The notes under the pieces are model-generated. The model was not told where the DNA came from and made no database searches. It saw nothing but the letters and a program-made list of their open reading frames with translations. This document shows, one piece after another, positions 39,401 through 50,234 of a DNA stretch of 64,000 nucleotides. The translations under genes and the position numbers were made by a program. Origin of the DNA: Octopus sinensis (lineage: Eukaryota). Within the stretch, counting starts at the first letter, position 1, and every line of letters starts with the position of its first letter. The DNA is taken from the NCBI RefSeq assembly GCF_006345805.1, contig NC_042998.1:184326001-184390000 (forward strand). The letters are read 5' to 3'.

Positions 39401-42400
39401 ACTACCATAGTTTGGCAGGTTGAAAAACTTGTATCAATTCCTCATAGATTTTATAAGATACTCTTTTCTTTTTTTGCATATCTTCAATGGCAGCATATAA
39501 CATTGACTCTAGTATGAATCATCTGGATCGTTACATTCCTCTGATTCTATCCTCTGGATCTGAAGTAGCTGGTTAGGCTGTTATTGAAGACTGCTATTTA
39601 TAAATGCATGATCGGATGTGGTCGTCTTGCCGGCATGAGCCATTATTTCAAATGTAAAATTTTGAATAAATAAAACAAAGAAGAAATAATTTTAGTTATT
39701 GTTTCTTATTTTATGATTTTCAATGGCTCTTTAACTTCTTCCAAGTAGAAGATTACATTCTTTTCATGTTTGAATTAACTATAAAAAAAAAAGCCTCCCA
39801 CTTTGCTCTCTATAGAAAATATATATATATACTGTCTATCCAGTTTGTCCCTGCATTAATCGCAATAACTAAATTTCTAGTGCTGCTACTGGAAATTTTA
39901 TTATTTATAACGTAAATTAGTTTTCATTTTCTCATAGATCTACATATTTGTATTTACCCTTTTCATGAATCCCTCTCCTTATTTCATGATTATCTTCATC
40001 TACATAATAAACCCTATTTTGCTGTCACTTTTTAATACTCTGTCAGTACATTCTGTTCATATTTTGGACTTGGACCTTTATAAATTTAAAAGTTTGGCTC
40101 CATTTAATAGCAAGGATTTTTGGATCAGAAACTTTGCTGTTGAATATTTAGCAGAATGCCTCATGTCCTTCAATGTGGTAAATGCTATTAGTTAGAAGAA
40201 ATGAAATTTTGATTTTTGTCTTTAAATTAAAATTCTATAATCATCCTTTGCTTCAAGGATATACACTGCTCTATTAACACCTTTCTTTGAATTTTAGGAT
40301 AGAATTTTTTGGAGTTGTTATATAGTTTACTTTTAAGTTGTTCGTTTCTAAATAGTTCATGCTGGAATTGAGATCACTAAGCGACACTTGGCAAAGAAGA
40401 CTTGATTTGACTAAGATTTTTTTTTTTCTTCCACTTAGGTTCTATATTCAATGTATGTAATAGTTTATGTATAAAACCTGTTAGAAATAAGTGTTATTAT
40501 TCAATACTTGAAAGTTAGAACAATCATGATTTTAAAAAAATAAAATTCACTATTACAATCTCTAAACTATATCAAATATTAATGCCTTAAAACTTTGAAT
40601 TCAATATTTCATTGCATAAAGCTTTGATTCATTGATTTCAACGCAATAATAAATTTCCACTTTCTCAGTCGCATTTCATATGATTATCCATTTCTCAGAA
40701 GTATTATACTTGTTGATTTTCAAGCTCAGCCATCTACCAAACCTCATTATCCATTTATGCATGTTTTTATTTTTGGCAACTTAACATGAACAATTCAAAT
40801 AAGATCATCGAAATATACAAAATTCTTATCTCTGGAAAAAAAAAATAATAATAATAATAATAATAAATGGTATTGAAATCCTTTTCTAATTCAGTATTGT
40901 TCCTAAAATTTTTCTTGATTCTCTCAGTTATTTTTACATTTTGTTTCCTTCAAATCTTTTCACAAATATTAAAACCATTGTCAATGAGTAAATATTCTGA
41001 AAATATGCTTTGCATTATTGAAGTTCTACCTTTCAGCAAATGACAAGTATTTACAGTAGATGATATTATGTAAATTGGAGCAGATAAAGTAAATCTACTT
41101 CTTTCTGCAAATACAGTTCCATTGTATATTATTTATATGGCCAAAACCCTGTTGATGGTTTCTATTTAGTCAATGATTTGGATTGTATTTTTATAAAGTT
41201 ATTTCTTCAAGGATTTATTTTGGGGTTTGAGATTACTTGTCAAAAGAAGTGCACCTTATTTTGCTATGTCTTCTACGTGTGTGTGTGTATGTATGCATAT
41301 GTATATAACTAGTTGGAGATTTCATTTGAAATGGAAAGAACCACAAAGTCAGGTACTTGATATGTTAATTAGAGGGTATATTAATTTAGTGACTCTTACA
41401 GGACTAGTACTGCTACATTCTTGATGAATTCCCCAAAAATGTAACAATTTTGTATGAGTTAAAAAAAATATATACGTATAATATAGGAAGGATTTTTCCA
41501 CATTAATAGGTGGCCATCAATTATGTTTATACTTCAATTCTACAAGCAACTTCAAATTGAAAGCTAAAAGGTGGTGAGGTGAGTGGTCAGTATTTAATCT
41601 AGTCAACAATTTGCTGCTGAAATTATAACCTGGTATCTAATGGTCTTTTTAAATTGCCTAGATTGTGTATATATTGTCTTCACCCCTGGGTTTTGTTCAA
41701 GCATCTGTCATATAAAGTATTTCTTTGACTTGATTACAAAATTCTAAATATTATTGGACCTTTACAGAGGTTTCACTTGTGAGTCTACATATCAAATATG
41801 GCTATTGTCTAATTTCGTACACTATTTATCTTCCAGATGAACACTGAACAAGTATGGTTTATGTGAAATTAATTGTACTATAATAAACATAACACCATAG
41901 ATGTTTGAAAGGAATCTTTATATAAGACTAAAATTAATATTCGGCTTACAGAATATTATTGTAGAAGCTAGATATTCTAAGTATATAGATTTCCTGTGTT
42001 TAGAAGAGCAATGAAAAAGGGTAAATTGATTGGAATTGGTTTAAAAATTCACTCCATTATGTCTCTCTAACTGAAACTTTATTGCAAGTTTACAACAAAT
42101 CCATGTTTTAACCCTTTTTCATGAGCTAATTGAAACACACTGATGGTGCTTCATTTTGAATATAATCAACAATTGAGAGGATTTCAGTGAAATAATTTTG
42201 TCATTTTAACTTGGTGTTTCAAAAACAACAAAAGGTTCTTACATAAAATTATAATTGGAGGTTTTAATTTAAGCATAAATACTTACGGTTTGGTATTAAG
42301 AGGATAAAAGTTGAATTTTTTCCCCTCCTTTGTGTAATCCAACTTTTATTGATCTTGTTCTAGCAAGACATTGTCATGTGGTTCTAATCTTGTCAGATCT

Positions 42401-44789
42401 AGTGGTTTTTATTGTATTTTAGCTAATCCAAAAGGAAGTATTAATGTGTATTTTTATTACAAAATTATTTTTCATAAAAATTTGCTTCATATTTTGTAAA
42501 TTAACAGATGTGATGCTTCTTTAAAGGTTTCATATTACAGAGATATATAAATATTCAATATCATTAATATTTAACAAATTTTTCATACTGTTATCTTAAT
42601 CTTTTCTACTTGATTGATATTTCATCTGGTTAAGTATCCATAAGTATGAGTTGCAATGTGACTAGAGCTAGTGAGTCTAACAAAACCCATACCTCCCAAC
42701 ATACTCATAATTTAAACGCAGCAATTATTGAAATGCTTTTGTAGTTCTTTCACTGCTTAAAGTAGTGAGCTGTATCAAGCTATTTAGTGGTGAGAATACA
42801 ATATTTTTACTATGACCACAGTGAAATGATATAAACTACTTGGTCAAACGCAACTCCTGAACCCAACAAATTTACACCCACACTTGTTTTTACTTAAATT
42901 TTATCCCTTTTTAAGGACATATATTTCTCCATGTATTCTTTGGTATTTACACATCGAATTTATTCAGTTAATTTCATAAAATATTCAGAATTATGAAGAG
43001 GCATATAAACACATGTAAAATAATCCATGCCATCCAACTAAATATTTCTTAGGATACCTTGATTTCTAACTTTCATTTTTAATTTTAGAGTTTGCAATAT
43101 CTGAAATTTCAAATACTCATTAAATAGATCAACATGTCACATATTACCTTATTTTTAACATGAAAGTGTGCGATACATCATTGTTTGAATATTCTTTACT
43201 AGTGATATTGATCCATGGCAGGTTAAACCTGTTGACTTTAGTAGGGATATTCATCTTCCAGGGGGAGAAAGGATTCCTACTGCCTTTGCTAGTCCCATGA
43301 GGAAATTTGAGATCATTGCAAGCTAACAAAACACTAGCCAATTATAAAGTACCCTTGTTGCTAACAATAATGAACTATTCTCACCACCCACTATGAAAGG
43401 ACAACTGAATTGGCTCACTTTGAGTCTACTGACCTTTTCAGATGCACAGCACTAGTGACTAAACAAAAGATGTTGATCTTTCTATTAGTAAGCCAGCATC
43501 ATGCCAAACTCCTCTATCTATGACTCTTATTAATATATTAACTTTGAATAAATTATTTGTATACAAGACATTAATTTGTCTGAAATTTATATAAATTTCT
43601 GACTTGGCATTGTTTCTGCTGTGATTTAGTCACATTCTACAAAGCTGTGGTTTGTTCTTTCTCATCAAACATTTAAATAAATTTGAATGTTTTATTTCAA
43701 TAACTCAATATATTTGAATTGACTGCCATATGATTTACTGAAAGTGTTTGTAAATTTGAATTTTTCAACGAATCCTGTCAAGATTAAGTAGTAACTTTGT
43801 AGTGAAAAGTAAACAAAATAAAACTCTCTTGAAAGTGGTTTTATTATCTTGATAATTTCTTGACAAGAGAGCACCAGTAATTTAAGCAAGTACTATCGAA
43901 TTGTCTTGCTCAAAGTATATGACTTCCACTAACTCATAACCCAACCAAGTTATGTATTGTTCATTTGATGAATGCATTTCCCCCAAACTTAACTGATATT
44001 CATAAGAATTGTTTTTGATACTTAAAACTGGGTGGATATAAAAACAATTTTTTTAATATATTGAAATAAACTCCACGAACAAAACATGACAAATTTTAAC
44101 TTAGCAATGCAATTAAGAGGCCATTAACTCTTAGCAAACTCTGAGTAGCCACACATTTTGTTCAAGTCCGCATTCTATACAAATATTAACATATTTTGCC
44201 TATTTTTGTTGACTATCATTTTTGAATTTTGAAAATATTGCCAAATCTGGCTATTTAAAGGTACTTTTAAATGGATGAAATAAATGGAAAAATTGTGATA
44301 GTAACTTGTAAGCTGAGGCAAGGAATTTATTTGATATCAATATATTTCAATAACTAATTAATGTAAAAGTATTTTCAGAGTAAAGTGGATAAATTTTTGG
44401 AATTGCAAGCATAAGTTTGTACACTTAAGATGTCTTGTAATATTTGCACCAATTGTATACTGGTATTTTGTATGATGGGGCTTAAGCAGAAATTAATTAC
44501 AGCAATTTATATGCCTTGTTATAAATTTAATAAAATTATTGAGTCATGGAAATGGTTTGTTTTTCTTTGAAGTCCATATAAGTGTGGTTTAGTTTATACT
44601 CGATATTTTAATTTATAGAATTAATTCAAATTGATCATTTAATGCTCATGTTCCATGCCAGCATGGGTAAAATTGTTTGACAGGATCTGATGGGTCCATA
44701 ATCTGCATGATGCTCCAGTGTTTGCTTTGGCATGGTTTCACCTCTTGCATGAGAGGCATGCTTTTGACTTGGATTAAAGAACATTACCC

Positions 44790-45460
44790 AGTAGGATGCA
44801 ACACTATCTCAAACAATCTAAAATCTTTAGAGTTCTTTTTGCTATGCTGTTAAAATCCTGTGAACCAATCCAATCAGCTGTAACTTTGGTCTAAGTATTG
44901 TGATGACCTTGCAAGTGTTTGAAGAATTGAGCCCAAGTGATGCACTCTAGTATGGAAATAGTTTACAAAGATGAAATCTATAATGCAGCTCTCTTTGGCC
45001 ATTAAGTGGCCAAGAACTTGTATAATATGCCTTCCTTCGAATTAACTGCTTCAAAGTTGATTTATCAACAGAAATTTCAAGTCCTACATTTGATCAGAGC
45101 CCAGTCTTTTACTATTTTTGATGGGCTTTGGCAACAAGAAGCTAGAATTTACTTGCTCTGTGGTATTGGGAAGACATTCTTGATTAATTTATTGCTTGCC
45201 CAAGTCTATTGACATAGCTCTTGCATTTGTTTCAAGTAGCACTGCCATACTTCTTTGTGAGAGACATACAGTAACATTCAGCTTTCAAGCTCTTGTACCT
45301 GCTTACAAAATTGCCAAGAATTCAGTAAGTAGGCAGATCAAGAGATGTTGGAGTTTAATGCACAATGAGAAAGCTGTGGATTTGTGTAACCTTAGGGGTG
45401 AAATGAGTATTTGTGTAACCTTAGGGGTCAAATGATATCCTCAGACCCTGCTAGTGATCT
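44790..45460 (+). mobile_element. Degenerate Helitron Pif1-like helicase fragment
   Basis: GIGKTFLINLLLAQV (Walker A), IALAFVSS..AILL, and QTLLV (DFRQTLPV-like). Confidence 0.7.
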
Positions 45461-45461
45461 G

Positions 45462-45521
45462 TTAACGAGGATTGACCAGAAGGCAAGTCTGGTGCCAGCA
45501 GCTCCGGTAGTGTATATTAAA
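45462..45521 (+). pseudogene. Short degenerate 18S rRNA fragment
   Basis: ttaacgaggat...ggcaagtctggtgccagcagc..tcc..tagtgtatattaaa matches the conserved SSU 530-loop region as recalled, with an internal deletion. Confidence 0.7.
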
Positions 45522-46202
45522 ATAATACAAATTATGTTTCATGGAACGATGTCATTTCTTTATTGATGCATGTATTGCTCTGGGCCAGTTCCAGTATTTG
45601 CACATGTAAATTTCATCTGAACACCTTGGTTTCCATATCTTTTAGGAGTTATTTTATTTGCAGCATTGGTTTACCGCTTGATATTCTGATTTCCTCTCAT
45701 TTAAAAATTTAAAGAATATGAAGAATAACAAGCGAAATAATTATGCTTAAAGTTTTTTAAAAATGTGTTCACTTTCACTCCTATGTTCTCATTTAATAAG
45801 CATGAATTATGTATATGTCATTTACATAATTATGAAATATACTATATATATTGAGCGCATTAAATATGGGACTATCCACAAAAGTAGATAGTCCCATATT
45901 TAATTTTTACATGTAAGATTACTTTTCAAGAGAAATTTAGTGGTGGTCTATGAAACTGAATATTCATTCTTTAAGAATAATTCTGGGCTATTTACAGTTA
46001 CTTAAGCAATGCCAAGTATTCTGAAAGTAAAATACATATTGTTTGATCAATTATGCACAGTACTCTGTCTTCTTTTTGTGGGGTTGTTTGAATACAGAAC
46101 AGCAAATTCTTCCCTCTTTTTTTTTTTTCGCTGGTTTATCTAGTAATTTGATAAATATTGATGTTGTCCCATGTGATGGGTCTGTTGCATGGAGAGTCCC
46201 AT

Positions 46203-46251
<49 letters not shown>

Positions 46252-46614
46252 TAGAGATAAAACCACTATTAGGCAAATCAAACAGTGAAGAACATAAAAA
46301 TAATTTATATAATATACAAAATATATAAAGTATAAAATTTAAAAATTTATATATATATATATATACACACACAGAGACTAGGTGAGAGCTAGACATGCTC
46401 AGTATGGAAAACATGTAGTAGTACTCAAATAAATTTTAGCTTAAAATCCAAATTCTTCATCCATGATTAGGTCCATGGCGTCAAGAGTGGCTATAAGAGA
46501 AATCCAAAATGATTTGATATGGTGGTAGTAATGCAAACAAACGCCATTAGGCTTCACTCACAAGTGCAGGTGTGGCTGTATGGTAAGTAGTTTGCTTCTG
46601 ACCACATGGCTGTG

Positions 46615-47820
46615 TTTATGCTGGTGCTTCTGCTAGGGCTGCAGCCATTGTTGTTGTTGGCATTATAACCAATGCCGGTGGCACGTAAGAGAACCATCCA
46701 AACGTGGCCGTTGCCAGTGCCACCCCGACTGGCCTCCATGCTGGTGGCACATAAAAAAAGCACCATCCGATTGTGGCCGTTGCCAGCCTCGTCTGGCACA
46801 TAAAAAGCACCCACTACACTCACGGAGTGGTTGGCATTAGGAAGGGCATCCAGCTGTAGAAACACTGCCAGATCAGACTGGGCCTGGTGCAGCATTCTGG
46901 CTTCCCAGACCCCAGTTGAACCGTCCAACCCATGCTAGCATGGAAAACGGACGTTAAACGACAATGATGATGATGATGATGTTGGCATTGGATCTGTTTC
47001 TGCTGCTACTATAGTGGGTGTCAAGTCTGCTAGTGTGGACACTGTCAGGTCTGCTACTGGTAAGGCTGGTATTGTTGTCATTGGTGCTGCTATTGTTGAG
47101 GTTGCTAATGTGTCCACTGTGGCGATGGTGGTGGTGGTGTTGGCTCTGTTCTCGTGATTATGGCTACTGTTCTGCCGGTGGTATTGGCAGGGTTCGCTAG
47201 TACTTCAGCTTGATAGATGACCCCTTTGGTTTTGCAACGGCCTCCTACTGGGCAACTATTGCAGTTCCTGCATGAACAACCTGCCTTTCCCTGAGGCTTA
47301 GGGGTGCTAACGAGGATGCTCTTAACATTGGGATCACAGTTAGACGAGACAGTAACATTGTACCTACTGAAAATGGGCCCGTATGTATGGGAGCTAATGA
47401 AGTGCTTGTCTACTAATTTAAGGAATAGTCTACCTGTGGGCGTTATGGGTGAAGGGGGCACAAACCAAATTGCATTTCTGTGACACTTCCTTCTGCAGCT
47501 GTGGGGTTCCAGAATATAGGAGATGCAGTCCCTAAACCCGATGGTAGCTAGGGCCTCCTTATAGTACAGGGCCACTGTGTCGAAGACCTCTTGGTTTGAG
47601 GAAAAGCTCGAAATCTTCTTACTAACACCCTTTAACAGGTTCTTGGACGTGATGGGTGGATGACAGGAGGCTGTGTTGATGCACGTTAGCCTCTCGTTTG
47701 GTTAACAGTAGGGTCTGGAGCCCAAGAAGAGCATGATGTCTAGGAAGTCTGCTGTTGTAAGGTTGGTCTCTATGGTGATCTTCAATCTGATGGCAATCGT
47801 GCTGATTAAGCCTTCACAAT
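46615..47820 (-). mobile_element. Penelope-like (Naiad-type) element, inverted 5' part: RT end/thumb, Cys linker, GIY half
   Basis: LKITIETNLTTADFLD, SCHPP, RNAIWFVPP, CSCRNCNSCPVGGRC, GVIYQAEV. Confidence 0.85.
46674..46980 (+). mobile_element. RTE 3'-tail copy nested in the Penelope-like element
   Basis: Shared tail with (GAT)n. Confidence 0.9.
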
Positions 47821-47824
47821 GCAT

Positions 47825-48046
47825 TACCTATTTCTTTATTACCCACAAGGGGCCAAACACAGAGGGGACAAACAAGGACAGACATAGGTATTAAGTCGAT
47901 TACATCGACCCCAGTGCGTAACTGGTACTTAATTTATTGACCCCGAAAGGATGAAAGGCAAAGTCGACCTCGGCGGAATTTGAACTCACAACGTAACGCA
48001 TAAGCATTTTGCCCGGCGTGCTAACGTTTCTGCCAGCTCACCGCCT
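47825..48046 (-). mobile_element. tRNA-derived SINE (family C)
   Basis: Minus-strand head aggcggtgagctggcagaa...gagttcaaattccgcc; body gcctttcatcctttcgggg. Confidence 0.85.
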
Positions 48047-48798
48047 TAAATTTGCATTACTAATGCCACCTTACACGCACCATCTCCAACAACAGCAGCA
48101 GCAACAACATCAGTAACAACAGGTGCAGCACTAGCAACACATGCAGCGGTGATAACATTACCAATACCACCACCACCTCCAGCATCATCAGCAACAACAA
48201 CACCATCAACGACGGCAGCAACAACAGATGCAACAGCAATAGGTGCAGTGCCATCAATTATGTGCTCTTGGAAATACGTTGGATGTACTGGGAAGTCTCT
48301 CAAGCAACACATTTCCAACCATAATCCTCCTTCAGGGTCCCAGAAAAGAGATATGTAACCTTGCTAACCAGTCATGTCTGGCAACTAAGAGACGGTGGAA
48401 TCCCACACTCAATCTCATGGGAAATCCTTGAAAACCTAGGCTCCTACATCAACGGGATGAAGCAATGCAAGTTATCCACGGCTGAATGCGCAAGAATCCT
48501 AAAAGACTCACTCAAGCCAGGGAACATCCTTAACTCCAGAAATTTTAGGGCCATGTTTGCATTTTGGGATATTCCAGCTAGTGTTTTGGAATCCGCAAAA
48601 TGGCTGCACAGCTGGAAGTTGATAGTCAATGGCAAAGAGAGATAATCCCCATGTTTATATTCATAACGAGGCCTTTCCCGCTTCATATTTTGAAGAGGTC
48701 TTAGGCTAACAGGTTTTGGGGTCTGATGATATGCCATAAAGTTGAATCCTTTATGGACAGGAACCCAGGGTAATTCCATAAACTGGACTTCCCCAGTA
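48047..48798 (+). mobile_element. Penelope-like element 3' part: YIG half of the GIY-YIG endonuclease plus 3' repeat region
   Basis: KYVGCTGKSLKQHISNH, HVWQLRD...ISWEIL, CKLSTAE, NILNSR. Confidence 0.85.
48711..48784 (+). ncRNA. Degenerate type I hammerhead ribozyme-like motif
   Basis: CTGATGA, ccataaag/ctttatgg stem II, GGAAC (GAAAC variant), short stem III, GTA, stem I tggggt/attcca. Confidence 0.55.
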
Positions 48799-48820
48799 AT
48801 ATATATATATATATATATAT

Positions 48821-49552
48821 ATATATTACCTTTTGTATCAGTCATTAGACTGCGACCATGCTAGGGCTCAGTCTTGAGGAATCTTTGGTGGAATGAATTG
48901 ACCCCAGCACTTTTTTCTTTAGACCTATATATATATATATAAACTTAGGTATGTGGTAAAGCAAATTTTTGCTGAACCCTAATTATTAAGTATTACTTAA
49001 GTTTACCGTGAAATGGTCCTTTTTTCATGCCGAATTCTACTTGGTGAAATTATTGATTACTTCTTAATTAATTAATTTTACCCTTTGTTATTATTGATAT
49101 ATATATAGGCCGTTCGCCAGCCTCGTCTTGCACCTGTGTCGGTGGTACATAAAAAACACCATCCGAGCATGGCCATCTGCCAGCCTCGTCTGGCACCTGT
49201 GTCGGTAGCACATAAAAAACACCATCCGAGCGTGGCCGTCTGCCAGCCTCGTCTGGCACCTGTGTCGGTGGCACATAAAATCACCCACTACACTCTCGGA
49301 GTGGTTGGCGTTAGGAAGGGTATCCAGCTGTAGAAACACTGCCAGATCTGACTCACCTGGTGCAGCCTTCGGGCTTGCCAGACCCCAGTTGAACCGTCCA
49401 ACCCATGCTAGCATGGAAAGCGGACGTTAAACGATGATCATGATGATGATGATATATTACCTTTTGTTTCAGTCATTAGACTGCGACCATGCTGGGGCAC
49501 ACTCTTGAGAATCTTTGGTGGAATGAATGACCTCAGCACTTTTTTCTTTAGA

Positions 49553-49612
<60 letters not shown>

Positions 49613-49974
49613 TCGGTATGTGGTAAAGCAAATCTTTGCTGAACCTTAATTATTAAGTATTACTTAAGTTTACCGTGAAATGGTCCTTTTTTCATGCCGA
49701 ATTCTACTTGGTGAAATTATTGATTACTTCTTAATTAATTAATTTTACCCTTTGTTATTATTGATATATATATATATATATATATATATAGTGGCACATA
49801 AAATCACCCACTACACTCTCGGAGTGGTTGGCATTAGGAAGGGCATCCAGCTGTAGAAACACTGCCAGATCTGACTGGCCTGGTGCAGCCTTCGGGCTCC
49901 CCAGACCCCAGTTGAACCGTCCAACCCATGCTAGCATGGAAAGCGGACGTTAAATGATGATGATGATGATGATG
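48821..49974. repeat. Local tandem duplication (period 631 bp) of SINE fragment, unique block and RTE tail
   Basis: Near-identical blocks start at 48821 and 49452; (TA)n length differs between them. Confidence 0.85.
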
Positions 49975-50234
49975 AGAACAAGTACCAGGCTTATATATAT
50001 ATATATATAGAACAAGTTATCAATCTATCTATCTTTATTTATACTTTATTTAAAGCATATTACTCTACCACTGGTATTTGAGTACTCTTTTTTCCACCTT
50101 GTTTCACATTTATGTGTTTACTCCGGTATCTTTATTTATATATATATCGATGTGTGTGTGCCTTCAAGGTGGTACTCTATTATAATTTCCTTTTTATATT
50201 TAAGAATCATCCACTGTGTTATTATCACTAATAT

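Noticed and set aside
39700-44600. Possible additional gene between PATL1 and PNO1
   Set aside because: Only short AT-rich ORFs without recognisable domains or a consistent exon chain. A lncRNA cannot be excluded.
48046-48358. Mucin-like host gene
   Set aside because: The Thr/Ala/Pro run continues in frame into the PLE KYVG motif, with no signal peptide or exon structure.
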